From Mobula hypostoma (Eukaryota), in NCBI RefSeq assembly GCF_963921235.1, contig NC_086097.1:88662001-88726000 (forward strand): a stretch of DNA of 64,000 bases, read 5' to 3'. The translations under genes were made by a program, and so were the position numbers. A model generated the notes under the pieces. That model saw only the letters and a program-made list of their open reading frames with translations, was not told where the DNA came from and did no database searches. Within the stretch, counting starts at the first letter, position 1. Each line of letters starts with the position of its first letter. Shown here in pieces: positions 1 to 13,050 of the stretch.

Positions 1-1690
1 CATTCAATCGTGGCTGATCCTTTTTTTTTCTATCTCCTCCTCAACCCCAGTTCCCGGACACCTCCCCGTAACCTTTGATGCCATGTCCAATCAAGAACCT
101 ATGAATCTCTGCCTTAAATACACCCAACAACCTGGCCTCCACAGCTGTATGTTGTAACAAATTCCACAAATTTACCACTCTTTAGCTAAAGAAATTTCTC
201 TGCATCTCTGTCTTGAAAGGGCACCCCTCTGTCCTGAGCCTGTGCCCTCTTGTCCTAGACTCCCCCACCATAGGAAGCATCCTTTCCATGTCTACTCTGT
301 CTAGGCCTTTCAACATTTGAAAGGTTTCAATGAGATCCACCCCCTCATCCTTCTGAATTCCACTTTGTACAGACCCAGAGCCATCAAACATTTCTCATAT
401 GATAACCCTTTTATTCAAGGACTCATCCTAGTGAACCTCCTCTGCATTCTCTCCAATGCCTGCACATCTTTTCTTAGATGAGGGGCCCAAAACTGTTCAC
501 AATACTCAAGGTGAGGCCTCACCAGTGCCTTATAAAGCCTCAGCATCACATCCTTGCTCTTGTGTTCTAGACCCCTTGAAATGAATGCCAACATGGCATT
601 TGTCTTCCTCACCACTGACTGAAACTACAAGTTAACCTTCAGGGTGTTCTGCGCAAGGACTCCCAAGTCCCTCTATATCTCAGATTCCTGGATTTTCTTC
701 CTGTTTAGAAAATAGTCCGCACGTTTATTTCTACTACCAAAGTGCATGACCATGCATTTTCTAACATTGTATTTCATTTGCCACTTTCTTGCCCATTCTC
801 CTAATCTGGCTAAGTCCTTCTGCATCCTTCCTGCTTCCTCAACACTACCTGCCCCCCACTAACCTTTGTATCATCTGCAAACTTGGCAAGAAAGCTATCT
901 ATTCCATCATCTAAATCATTTATATACAGCATAAAAAGAAGTGGTCCCAACAAAGAACAACACTAGTCACTGGCAACCAACCAGAAAAGGATCCTTTTAT
1001 TCCCACTCACTGCCTCCTAACAATCAGCCAATGCTGTAACCATCTTAGTATTTTTCCTGTAATACCATGGGCTCTCAACTTGGTAAGCAGCCTCATGTGT
1101 GACACCTTGTCAAAGGCCTTCTGAAAGTTCAAATATACAACATCGACGGCATCCTCTTTATCTATCCTACTTGTAATCTCCTCAAAGTATTCCAACAGGT
1201 TTGTCAGGCAGGATTTTCCCTGAAGGAAAAACCATGCTGACTTTGTACTATCTTGTCCGGTGTCACCAAGTACTCCATCACCTCATTCTTAACAATTGAC
1301 TCCAACATCTTCCCAACCACTGAGGTCAGGCTGTCTGGTGTATAATTTCCTTTCTGCTGCCTTCCTCCTTTCTTAAAGAGTGAAGTAACATTTTCAATTT
1401 TTTTTTCCCTCTGATTCGGTTGACTTATGTACCTTTAAGTCTTTCAGCTTTTTGAGCATCTTCTCACTTGTAACAGTAACTACACACACTTCTCTTCCTT
1501 CACACACTACAACATCAGGCATACTGCTAGGGTCTTCCACAGTGAAGACTGACGCAAAATACTCATTTAATTCATCAGCCATCTCCTTGCCCCCCATTAT
1601 TATTTCTCCTGCTTCATTTTCTAACGGTCCTATATCCACTTTGATATTATTTGCTAGCTTGCTTTCATATTTCATCTTTTCCCTACATCT
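1..1690 (-). mobile_element. Decayed CR1 LINE (ORF2 RT part and 3' UTR)
   Basis: Minus-strand peptides MLRLYKALVRPHLEYCEQFW, VDVVYLNFQKAFDKV and ELNEYFASVFT; stops and deletions. Confidence 0.9.
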
Positions 1691-3122
1691 GGAAGTAGTA
1701 GATTGCTTCCAGGAATTAACGGAAGCCATTCCATTTTTACTGATTAAGAAGCATTGTCAAGAATTACTGCTATGCAATCAAATTAAAAATAAATACACTT
1801 CTTTTGAAAATGAGATAGCAAATCGAGGCCTGGAAAGATATAGGTTCATGTGGATCCATGGGGTTAACAGTACAGATATTCAAAGCCAAGTTAAGTTTAT
1901 TGTCATATGCACAAGTAAATGTATGAAGGAGTGCAATGAAGTGCAGCATCAGAGTGACGAAAAGGTCAGCATTAGGAAAGGTGGGCCAAATAGTCTATAT
2001 CTGTGCTCTATGATTCCATGAAACTTATTGAAACTAGCAGATTGGGTCAAGTACTGTAAGGTTGAAATAATGCACTTGGACATCGAAGAATAAAACAAAA
2101 ACTTCCAGTAAAGTGAAGGACAAAATGAGAAAGTTGTTATGATTAAAACTGAACCTACTCCATGCTGGTTGAATCATAAAGCCATAGAAAAGAACAGCAC
2201 AGAAACAGGCCCCTTGGCCATTCTAGTCCATGCTGAACCATTTAATCTGAGATAAAGTGGTAGAATAACTGGCACATATACATGTTGGGTAAAAACCAGC
2301 TGTCCCGTCAAAACCTGGTTACAAGAGTGAATATGAAATTCAGTAGGGCTAAGTAGTCTGCTGCTATGTACCAGTTAAGGAGCAACAAGGAAAGAGGTCA
2401 GAAAATTATGACACGGGGAGATCTGAAGCATAGGGAGCAATAGTAGACAAAATCGTTCCAGTACATGAAATGGCCTTGCGGGAAATTGAGTCCTATTGCT
2501 TTAAGTTTTATTTATCCTATATGATAAATCAAAAATAAAATAAATTCTGTCAATATTTTTGGTGACTATTTGCCTTTATTGACAGTGTTTTGGTTAATAG
2601 AGCTCATATCTCTGAGTCAGAGGTTTGTAGGTTCTGGTCCCACTCCAGAAACTTGAGTTCAAAGTTTTGGCTTGAGAACCCAGAGAATATTGGAGTTTCT
2701 GTTATTTGGATGAGATGTTAAACCGAAGCACTTCCATTGTCCTGAGTGAATGGTCTTAAGTCTCAAGGTGTTGTTTTGAGGAAGAGCAGGGGATGTACCC
2801 TGTGTCCTGACCAATATTTATTACCAAACTAGAACATCAGATTATAATCACATTTAGAGTTTGAAGGATGTTGCTGTGTGCAACTTGAATGTTGTGTTTC
2901 CTATAACAGCTACTGCACTAAAATATTGTTTCATTGGTTATGAAAAGCTTGAAAATATACCAAAAGGGATGAGAAAGATGCCATATCAATGCAGTGTTAT
3001 TCTCTCTTTAATAGTTACTGGAAGTGAAGCCCCAAAAGTAATCTTATTCCAGACTATTTATTTTAAGACAATATTACCAGTAAGAACAAGAAACTATAAT
3101 CTAATCCTGTAATTTTTTGGGA

Positions 3123-3920
3123 TAAGACCATAAGACATAGGAGCAGAATTAAGCCATTCGGCCCATCAAGCCTGTTCCACCATTCAAAGGTTCAATTTAA
3201 TGTCAGAGAAATGTATACAATATACATCCCGAAATGATTTTTCATGGCTGATTGATTATTCCTCTCAATCTGATTCTCTTGCCTTCATTCTGTAACATTT
3301 TGGTGCTGTTACTAATCAAGAACTTATCAAACTCTGCTTTAAATATACCCAATGATTTGGCCTCCACAGCCATCTGTGGCAATGTATCGTAAAGTTGCAA
3401 ATCTGTGTAGAAAATTGGACTGGCCTAGATTTAGTGGGCCACTCTATGACTGAATTTAGCTTTTCTTCTCAACTTGCAGGGTGAATTCTATCATAATAGG
3501 ATCACTGCCATCTATGGGTTCCTTTACTGTAAGCTTCCTAATCAAATCTGGTTCATTACACAACACCCAATCCAGAATAGCTGATCCCCTCATGGGCTGA
3601 TCTAAAAAGCCATCTCTTGGATACTCTACAAATTTCTTCTCATGGGATCCAAAATCAGCCACAACCTGATTTTCCCAATCTACCTGCATATCGGAATGCT
3701 CCGTGACAATCGTAACATTGCCCTTTTGACATGCCTTTTCTATCTCCTGTTGTGGTTTGTAGTCCGCATCCTGCTTACTGTTTGGATGCCTATATATAAC
3801 TCCCATAAGCCCTTTATGCCCTTGTAGCTTTTTAACTCTACCCACAATAATTCTAAATCTTCCAATCCTATGTCACTTCTTTCTAAAGATCAGACTTCAT
3901 TTTTTTTACCAACAGAGCCA
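3123..3920 (-). mobile_element. CR1 fragments (3' UTR and endonuclease part)
   Basis: CR1 tail (taagaccataagacataggagc) and APE peptide GVIYRHP...AILDWVLCNEPDLI. Confidence 0.8.
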
Positions 3921-4620
3921 CACCACACCACCCTTCCCCTTTAGAATGTCATGGGCCCAATCCGAGACATCCCTGATCCTGCCCCTGGGAGGTAACGTAC
4001 CATCTGTGTGTCTCTATTGCATCCACAGGATCTCGTGTCTACTGTAACTCTGGAAAATCCATATCACTACTAGTCCTTTTCTCTCTAACCCCCCCTCCAC
4101 CTTCCTTTCTGAGCTACAGTGCTGGAAGTGGGCATTTCAGGAATTTCTCCAGGGGTTCCTCTGTGCTTCTCATGGCTGTCTCCATCAAATTAAGATTCTG
4201 CACGGCATCCTAGTCAACACATACGATATAATTCGGAGTGGCCACGCGCGCTGCATTGCACCGCCATCTTCTCCTCCCTCCCTCTTATTGAGGGGAACAG
4301 CTCTTATTATTGAGGGGACTTATTACTATTATTTATTACTATTATTACTTTATTATTATTACTTATTATTTATTATTACCTTATTATTACTTATTACTAT
4401 AAATAAGATATTATTATCTTATTACTATTATTGAGGGGAACAGCCATAGGGGTCGTCTATAACGGCTGCTCATTACTTTTCCCTCTCCTGACAGTCACTC
4501 AGGTACCTGCCTTCTGCAACTTAGGGGTGACTACATCCCTGCAGGTGGGAGATCAGCAAAGGCTGATGCATATTTGGAATGAGCTGCCAGAAACAGTGGA
4601 TGAGGTGGGCACATTAGCAA

Positions 4621-5254
4621 TGTAACGCGTTGTAAGGATTCACTGCTAATGTAATGGCTTCTCTGTAATGTTTCACTGCAAAGGCTAATGAAATAGCTTC
4701 TCTGTAATGTTTCACTGCTGAGGTAATGGTTTCTCTGTAGCAGCAATGTTTGGGTTATGGCTGGAGATAACAGGACTGTGGTTATGCATGTTAGCCAATC
4801 AGGAGATTGTTGCTCTGTCTTGTGAACCTGGAAGGAGACTTTTCACAGGCTTTTGCTGGGGAGAGATGAGGAGAGAAGATGCGAATGGAGAGAATTGGTA
4901 GACCGCCAGACGGGGTGGACTTGGAGTGAGGGTCCGAAGGGCAGCAACGATCAGCGGAGGTCGATGGTGGACAGTCGACTTATCAGTGAGCTCCAACTTT
5001 GCGCAACAGACTGCTTAATAAGATTAGGCACTTCTCTTTCTTCTTTTTCGTTTCTTTACTAACCATATAGTCAAAGTAAGAATTATAAAGCTTAATCGTT
5101 TAATTGCATATTATGTACTTTTAGTTATTTCGGGGTACTGATTTGTAACAGGGGACACATCGCGCAGCATCCACCCAAACGAGATTTCTTAAGTTTGGCC
5201 GGGCCGGAGGTTATCACTCCCTATATTAAGCCACTAGCCGAAGCGAGAGCTACA
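4621..5254. mobile_element. Solo LTR (634 bp) inserted into a CR1 3' end
   Basis: TGTAAC...GCTACA ends; exact 4-bp TSD GCAA (4617-4620, 5255-5258); flanks rejoin as CR1 peptide WNELPETVDEVGTLATSK. Confidence 0.8.
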
Positions 5255-5484
5255 GCAACATCTAAACACTATCTAGCTACGTACATGGTCGGAGAGGTTT
5301 AGAGGATGATGGGCCAAAAGCAGGCAGATGGGATTAACTCACTGGGCAACACAGTCAGCCTAGATGGGTTGGGCCAGAGAGTCTATTTACTTGTTATTCG
5401 ATCCTATGACAAGTAAATCCAGTAAGAAATTCAAGAGAACCTCTTCTACCTGGAGAATAGTTGGGATATGATTCACTAATCCAT

Positions 5485-8050
5485 AGATTGGACAGAGACA
5501 ATACATTGAGCAATAAGAAGAAAGGAGGAGGGATTGCAGTGTTTGTGAATGAAAGATGGTGTAATTCCGGACATGCTACTGTAAATGAACGTTTATGTAG
5601 CTGGACATTGAGCTTTTAGCTATTGGGATACAACCATATTATTTGCCTCAGGAATTCTCAATTGCTATTTTAGTTGTTAACATTCAGCCTCGGCTGATGT
5701 GAATGTAATGTGCGTTGCTATTCTTCTGACCATCGCTAGAATACAAACTCAATATCCCAATGCTTTTGTGCCTGTTATTAGGGCTTTTAATCATGTTTCT
5801 CTCAAGGCAACGGTATTAACTTTTCATCAATATGTCAGCTGCCCTACACGGGACAATAGAACACTGGACCTTCTGTATGGAAATGTGAAAGATGCATACA
5901 CTGCCACTGCCCTTCCCCTATTTGGCAGATCTGATCACAACCCGGTCCTGCCAGCACCCAGGTACGTGCCTCTAGTCCAGCGGCAGCCTGTGTCAACAAG
6001 GATTGTAAGGAGGTGGACTCCGGATGTTCATGAGGCACTGTAGGAATGCTTTGAGAGGACAGACTGGAATGTGTTATGTGAGCCACACAGGAGGACATTA
6101 ACAAAATGACTGTATCATAGACTATATCAAATTCTGTAGGAACACCATCTTGCCAGCTTCCCCAACAGGCTCTACCTGAAAGAAATTTTGAATATGAGGA
6201 AGAAAGCCTTCAGGCCTGGAGACAGATAAGTACTGAGGTGAGTTCAGAGTGAACTGAGGGTAAAGTTGAGGGAGTGCAAAGAATCCTACAAGAGGAAGCT
6301 GGAGTACAAGCTCCAGCAGAATAGCAGAAGGGACATGTGGTCGGGCATGAAGCTTCAAGGTTGGGGAAAGGAAGATCGAGGGCTGCCTGCAGAGGGCCAG
6401 CGAATTGGACTTGTTTTTCAACAGGTTCAGCATGAGACCTCCTGCTGTCCCCCTCCCCCACTTGCTCAACCTGACACCCTCCCTGTCCCCGACGCCTTCT
6501 CCCTCCACCCCTCCCTCCCCTCTGGTGAGTGCTCGTGTTCCAAACCCCGCAACTCTGGAGTATCTTGCCTCCATGGGGATGACCACCCTCCCCTGCCCGA
6601 CAGTGACTGCAGGTCAAGTTAAGAGACAGCTGGAGAGACTACATCGAGGCAAGGCTACTGGACCAGACGGTATCAGCCCTAGGGTACTGAACGCCTATGT
6701 AAGCCAGCTGTTGGGTATTTTGTAGCAGCTTTACACTCTGACTCTGAGTCAGGAAAAGATACCAGTGCTATGGAAGACTTCCTGCTTGGTTCCTGTACCC
6801 ATGAAGGTGACTCCATCTGGACTTAATGACTACAGACCAATTGCCCTCAGTCTCATGTGATGAAGGTGCTGGAGAGGCTGGTCCCGACATACCTTAGACC
6901 GCAGGTGAGATCTTCATTGGATCCTCTACAGTTTGCCTACCAACCTCATGTGGGAGTGGATGATGCCGTCATCTCCCTGTTGCAGAGAGCTCACTCACAC
7001 CTGGATGATGCTGGTGACATTGCGAGAATCACATTTTTTTAATTTCTCTAGTGCCTTCAATACAATCCAGCCACTTCTTCTGAGCAAGAAGCTGCAAAGG
7101 ATGGGCGTAGACAAATCCACTATCTCCTGGATTACTGACTACCTGACAGATAGACCCCAAGTTCTCTGATGACTCTGTGGTGGTTGGGTATATCAGAGAT
7201 GGGCAGGAGTCAGTGTACAGAGGACTGGTGGACAAGTTTGTGGAGTGGTGCAGGAGGAATCACCTGCTCTTGAATGTGGCCAAAACCCGGGAGATGGAGA
7301 TTGATTTTAAGAGGAAGAGGACTGTAATGAATTCTGTGTACATTCTGGGAGAAGACGTTGTGATGGTGGAGGAGTATAAATACTTGGGTGTTCAACTCGA
7401 CAACAGACTTGACTGGAAAACCAACACCAAGGCTGTTTACAAGAAGGGGATGAGCAGACTCTATTTTCTAAGGAAGCTGAGACCCTTCAACGTGTGCAAC
7501 AGGATGTTGAAGATCTTTTACCTGTCTGTTGTAGCGAGTGCTGTCTTCTTTGAGGCTTTATTTGGGGGAGCAGCATCGGTGCTGGTGATGAAAAAAGACG
7601 AAATAAGCTCATCAAAAAGGCTGGATCCATCCTTGGCTACAACCTGGACTCTTGAGTTAGTGGTGGAGAGGAGGTCGCTAAACTAACTGCTATCCATTGT
7701 GGACAATCCGGCACATCCTCTCCATGACCTACTGAATAAGCAGCAGAACACCCTTTCAAACAGACTCATTCAGCTCTGCTGTCACAAAGATCATTACAGG
7801 AAGTCTTTCCTACCAAATACAATAAGCATATACAACAGTTCATCCCTGTCCAACAGGCAAACACACATCTTAGTACAATAGTCTCTGTTTTATTATTTTG
7901 TACATTATTATTGCACATTGGTAAATTATTGTGTATATTATTATTCTGTACTTTATTATTTATTATTATTGCTAATTGTGTTTATTAATGTTGCTGTTGT
8001 AACGAAATAATTTCCCACTCAGGATCAATAAAGTACTTAATATTATTATT
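5485..8050 (+). mobile_element. Decayed Rex1/Babar-type LINE
   Basis: CPTRDNRTLDLLY, GRSDHN, KATGPDGISPRVL, LDPLQFAY, FSSAFNTIQP, LNVAKTREM, RLYFLRKLR; AATAAA plus (TAT)n tail; internal RT deletion near 7160. Confidence 0.88.
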
Positions 8051-8119
8051 AAAACATGTGTATAATGTGGACATTTCAGCTCCTGATTGCCCATGCTAAA
8101 GTTGCTTAGTGTATATTAA

Positions 8120-8340
8120 GGCAGCAGAGTGACGCAGCCAGAAGAGCTGCTGCTTCAGAGCTCCAGTGTACTGGGTTCAGTTCTTACCTCTGGTGTTGTC
8201 GTTGAGAAGTTCGCAGAGTCTTCCCCAGGCAGTGCTGGTTTCCTGTGGGTATTCTTGTTTACTCCCACGTCTGGTAGGTCAGAGGATTAGTTCACCAGTG
8301 CAAATTGTTGCAGCTGTGCAGGCGATTGGTCAAAAGTTGG
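8120..8340 (+). mobile_element. Decayed HE1/V-SINE-like SINE
   Basis: tRNA-like head (gctgcttcagagctccag...gggttcagttct) followed by a V-SINE-like core; similar to other copies in the window. Confidence 0.6.
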
Positions 8341-9894
8341 GTGAGTTACTGGGCATGAGTGGAGAACAGGAAATTGAATCATCAGGTGCTTACTTGAAGA
8401 GTCTATTTCAGTGCCAAGTATGAACCTCTGACTCCATGTGTAGAAGTAAGCCTCTTGTCCCTTGTGTAACTGGGGCGTATATCTGAGTCAGGCTCCAGTA
8501 CCCAGCATTATCACCATGATATTAAAACATCTGATTGTTCTTCTACATTTAATACAAGCATTAATAGTGCATGGTGTTTAAATGTCATTAAAACATTTAA
8601 TTATTTCCTCTCCATTGGTCCACATAGTACTGAAATAAATCATGCTGTTCAGAAAATTGGGAGCATTAACACATAACTAAACTTTATGTCGAGACACAGA
8701 ATTTGAATCTGGTATTGACAAGTAATGAATTTGATGAATCAATCAACTGATTCCCAGCAGTATGCAAACTAGATGACATTTGGAAATATTTTATTTGTTC
8801 AAAATTGAGGTGTTAGAAATGCAACCATGTTGCAAGTGTTGTGAGTAATAATCGTAAGTTCAGGTTAGTGATTGCTGTGGTGAAGTACTGGAATAATGAT
8901 TGGGAGTGGTTGATGGTGGGTGAGGGAGACAGAGTGTGTTGCTCCACCCAACATCCATCCATTGTAAATGTTTAAGTTAAGTCTATTTCTGGGAGCTCAA
9001 TGGCTGGTTTGACCTGTGATGCTATCAGTCCGATCTAACGTAATGAACATGAGTTGGAGAGTGAGTGTGTATATTCTGGGTTAAAAGGATAACAATGCTA
9101 AATGCACTGATGTTTTTTATTGCAGTTATCACTTTCAGTGTATCCACATTCTGTTTATAGAGAAGAATACTGGACAGTTGTATGGGGTGAGAACAATTGT
9201 GGGGATATATATAGGAAGGGAGAGGGAGAGTGAAAGGGAGTGAATGAATTGAAACAGGGCCCCTGGCTACCAGGTCTATGCTGCACCAATTTAGAATAGT
9301 GCAAGAAATCTTGGATTTCTTGGAAATGGGTCCATTTCTCTTGAAGACGGCAAATTATTTTAATTCAATTGCTTACCTAATTCACTCTTTAAAGTCCTGA
9401 CTAACTGCCATCACCAGCCTTTTCAGGCAGTAAACTCCACTGGGAGTTACAGTATGCAATGACCCAGATTTCATTAGGGAGCTTAAGGTAAAGGAACCCT
9501 TAGGAGCAAGTGATGGAATTCACCCTGCAGTTTGAGAGGGAAAAGCTAGGATAATTTTTTTCACTGAGAAAACAAAAGATTCAGTCACAGAGTTCACTTA
9601 AAACAGATGATGATGGATCTCTAGATAACAGAGAAATAAAAAGAAAAGGAACTAAGAAAGGAAGATGGCCTGAAGTAGGTGATCGAATATGATGTTAATG
9701 TATGGCAGTATAGGGCACATTACCTATTCCCACTTCCAGTTCTTATGCCCTTGTGTTCTTGGTTGCTTCATTTAGTGCATATAAAATTGAGAGGCCCAAA
9801 GGGGGAAGCAGAAAGGACTTATTCATTCTGCCATTAAAGTCAGTAACCACAGGACACACTTTTCAGGATTAAGGGTTAAGTTGGCATGCTTTCC

Positions 9895-11140
9895 TTAAAG
9901 GAAAATCTTTCCAGACAAATAATATGGAACTCCTTGTGGAAATAACAAGCAGGATAGACAAAGGTGAATCAGTGGATATTGTGTACTTGAATTTTCAGAA
10001 GGCTTTTGACACGGTGCCACACATGAAGCTGCTTTACAAGGTACTAGGTACTAAAGTCCAAGGTACTAGCATGGATAGAACATTGGCAGACTGGCAGGTG
10101 GCAAAGCATGGGAATAAAGGGGGTCTTTTCCGATTGGCTGCCAGTGACTAGTTGTATTCCACAGTGGTCTGTATTAGGACCACTTCTTTTCATATGTCAA
10201 TGATCTGGATGATAGAATTGAAGGTTTTATGGTCAGGTTTGTGGACAATAAAAAGATAGATGGAAGGGCAGGTAGTATTAAGGAAGCAGGGAGTCTGCAG
10301 AAGGGCTTGAACAGATTAGGGGAATGGGCAATGAAGTGGCAGGTGGAATACAGTGTAAGGAAATGTATGGTCATGCACTTCGGTAGAAGGAATAAAAAGG
10401 TAGACTGTTTTCAAAATGGGGAGAACATTAAGAAATCAGAGGTGCAAAGGGAATTGGGAGTCCTCATGCAGGATTCGCTAAAGATTAAATTGCAGGTTGA
10501 GTCAGTGGCCAATGTAATATTAGCATTTATTTTGAGAGGATTAGAATGTAAAAGCAAGGATGTAGTGTTGAGACTTTATAAGGCATTAGTCAGACTGTAA
10601 TTGGAGTATTGTGAGCAGTTTTGGACTTGCTGGCATTAGAGAGGGTGCAGAGGAGTTTGCAACAATGATTCCAGGAATGAAAGGGCTAACATATGAGAAG
10701 TATTTGATGGCTCTGGGCCTGTATTCACTGGAGTTTAGTAGAATAAAGTGAGGGGGAGGATCTCATTGAAACCGATCAAATATTGGAGGGCCTAGAGTCG
10801 ATGTGGAGAGGATGTTTCTGAATGGGGAGTCTAGGACCAGAGGACACAGCCTCAGAATAGAAGAAGTCCCTTTGGAACAGAGATGAGGAGGGTTTTCTTT
10901 AGCCAGTGAGTAGTGAATCTGTGCGACTCATTGCCACAGACGTCTGTGAAGGCCAAGTCATTGGGTATATTTAAAGCAAAAATTGATAAATTCTTGATTA
11001 GTAAGGGCTTCAGATGTTATGGGGAGAAGGTAAGAAAATAAAGTTGAGAGGAACAATAAATCAGCCATGGTGGAATGCTGGAGCAGAGTTGATGGGCTGA
11101 ATGGCCTAATTCTGTCCTGTGTCTTACGGTCTATGGTTTT
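9895..11140 (+). mobile_element. Decayed 5'-truncated CR1 LINE
   Basis: VDIVYLNFQKAFD, FVDNKKI, LRLYKALVR; CR1 3' UTR ending tgtcttacggtctatgg. Confidence 0.88.
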
Positions 11141-11998
11141 ATATCATCACTGCCCTCTGCAGTGCATTGGATCAACATCCTAATCATGCTCTTGTCAGTG
11201 CAATATCCTTCAGGGAACAAAACCTAATTCCAAAACTTGTTGCTTGTATGTGACCACAGTCCTATAGCACCCTCAGGAAGGGAAACAGAGTTTGTGGTCC
11301 CCATAACCACAAACATTCAGTTCTGTTTGAACATCTGTACTCTATAAGGATAGCTTTTCACAAATTGGGAGTTTTCCAATGCAATCTGGTGGCAGATTGA
11401 TGGTGTGGGCAAGCGGGAGATCCTTAATCTGAATCCTGGTTTTCTGCTATTGACCTTCATTATAAGTTCAAAGTTCTATGTTCAAAGTAAATTTATTATC
11501 AGAGTATTTATATGTTACTGTATACTACATAGAAAAACTACAGCACAATACAGGCCCTTCGACTCACAATGCTGTGCCCAACATGTGCTTACCTTGAGAT
11601 TCATTTTCTTGCCGGCGTTGACTGGAATAAAAAGAAATACAATAGAATTCAAGAAAAACTATACATCAAACAATCAAGATTGACAAACAGCCAGTGTGCA
11701 AAAGAAGACATACTGTGTAAAGACAAAAAATAATACTGAGAACACAAGTTGTAAAGAGTCCTTGAAAATGAGACTGTAGGGTATAAAATCAGTTCGGAGA
11801 CTGAGGTTATCCATGTCGGTTCAGGAGCCTGTTAGCTGTTCCTGGATTGCTGTTGTGGGACCTCTGAAACTTTGTCTATTCTTAGCCTCATTGTAAAATA
11901 TAATTTCTTTCAAAACTCACAGAGGGACCTGATAATGACAATGCACTTGCCTTGGGATCCCAGTGCAACAATTCACTTCCAACACCTTTACATTTTAG

Positions 11999-12049
11999 GT
12001 GCAGATATCGTACAGTGGTTGATGAAGAGCTTGAGCATTGAAGACCCAG
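11999..12049 (+). CDS. RGS6: RGS6 internal exon (DEP domain), 51 nt
   Basis: ttttag|GT...CCAG|gtaagg; encodes (G)ADIVQWLMKSLSIEDP, matching RGS6 TDIVQWLMKNLSIEDP. Confidence 0.93.
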
Positions 12050-12721
12050 GTAAGGAAGTTTAATTATGCAACATGTAAAGACAAAGATCTGAATTCACAA
12101 TTATTGGTTACCTTGCAAAGTACTTTTACCAAGCAAATTAAATATGTGACTTGCCACTGCCTCAGATATGATCGAAGAGTACAGGCTTGAATGGTTTTAT
12201 AAAGAGGAGCTGGGTCAGCCAAATGGATCATAGACAGATTTCTTTGAAAATGTCACTTAACAACAAAGGGGCTTTTAAAAAAACTTGCAGCAATAAGGTG
12301 TGAGAGATCCTATTTCAATAAAAAAAATAATAATGAGAAGTTTGATCGTGAAGCTCTCACTATTAATGCAATAGCTGCTTAAGATACTAAAGATATTTAA
12401 AGGGAGATCAAGTTTTGAGCAGCTGAAGTATTTGAAAGATCAGTGAATTGAAAGCTATTGACCTGCAGAACAAGAACAGAAAATGAACACATCACCTGTG
12501 GAAAGAGAAATAATGTTAACGTTTCAGGCTGAAGATCTGAGCAAGCCCTAACCTCTTTGTTTTTGTTACTACAACAAATTGTTGGAATCACTGAGCATCA
12601 GGTAGCACAAGCGGAAAGAGAAACAGAATTAAAATTTCAGTCAAAGTTCCTTCGTCAGAATTCCTTCTCTTCAGCCGTGCTCAATGGAACAGTGTCCTTT
12701 GTATGTTAAAACTGGTCAGAA

Positions 12722-13050
12722 TTGAGAAGCCTCACAGTGCCAGAGACCTGGGCTCAATCCTAACCTCAGGTGCTGCTTATACGGAGCTTTCACGTTCTTC
12801 TATATACCACATGGGCTTCCCTCAGGTGCTCCGGTCCCCCCCCCCCCACCCACACCACCACCACTACCACAACCAAATATCATGCAGGTTGGTAGTCTAG
12901 CCGGCCATTGTAAGGTACCTCTAGGTGAATAGCAGAACCTTAGTGGAGAATGTGGAGAGGACAAAAGAAAATGGGATTAATATAGAATTGGTGTGCATAA
13001 ATTGTTGGCATGGACTTTAGTGAGCTGAGAAGCCTGTTTTCGTGTTGTTT
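12722..13050 (+). mobile_element. HE1/V-SINE-like SINE
   Basis: gcctcacagtgccagagacctgggctcaatcc...gggcttccctcaggtgctccgg core. Confidence 0.65.

Noticed and set aside
8120..8200. tRNA genes at SINE heads
   Set aside because: Only decayed A/B-box-like sequence attached to SINE bodies; no full cloverleaf
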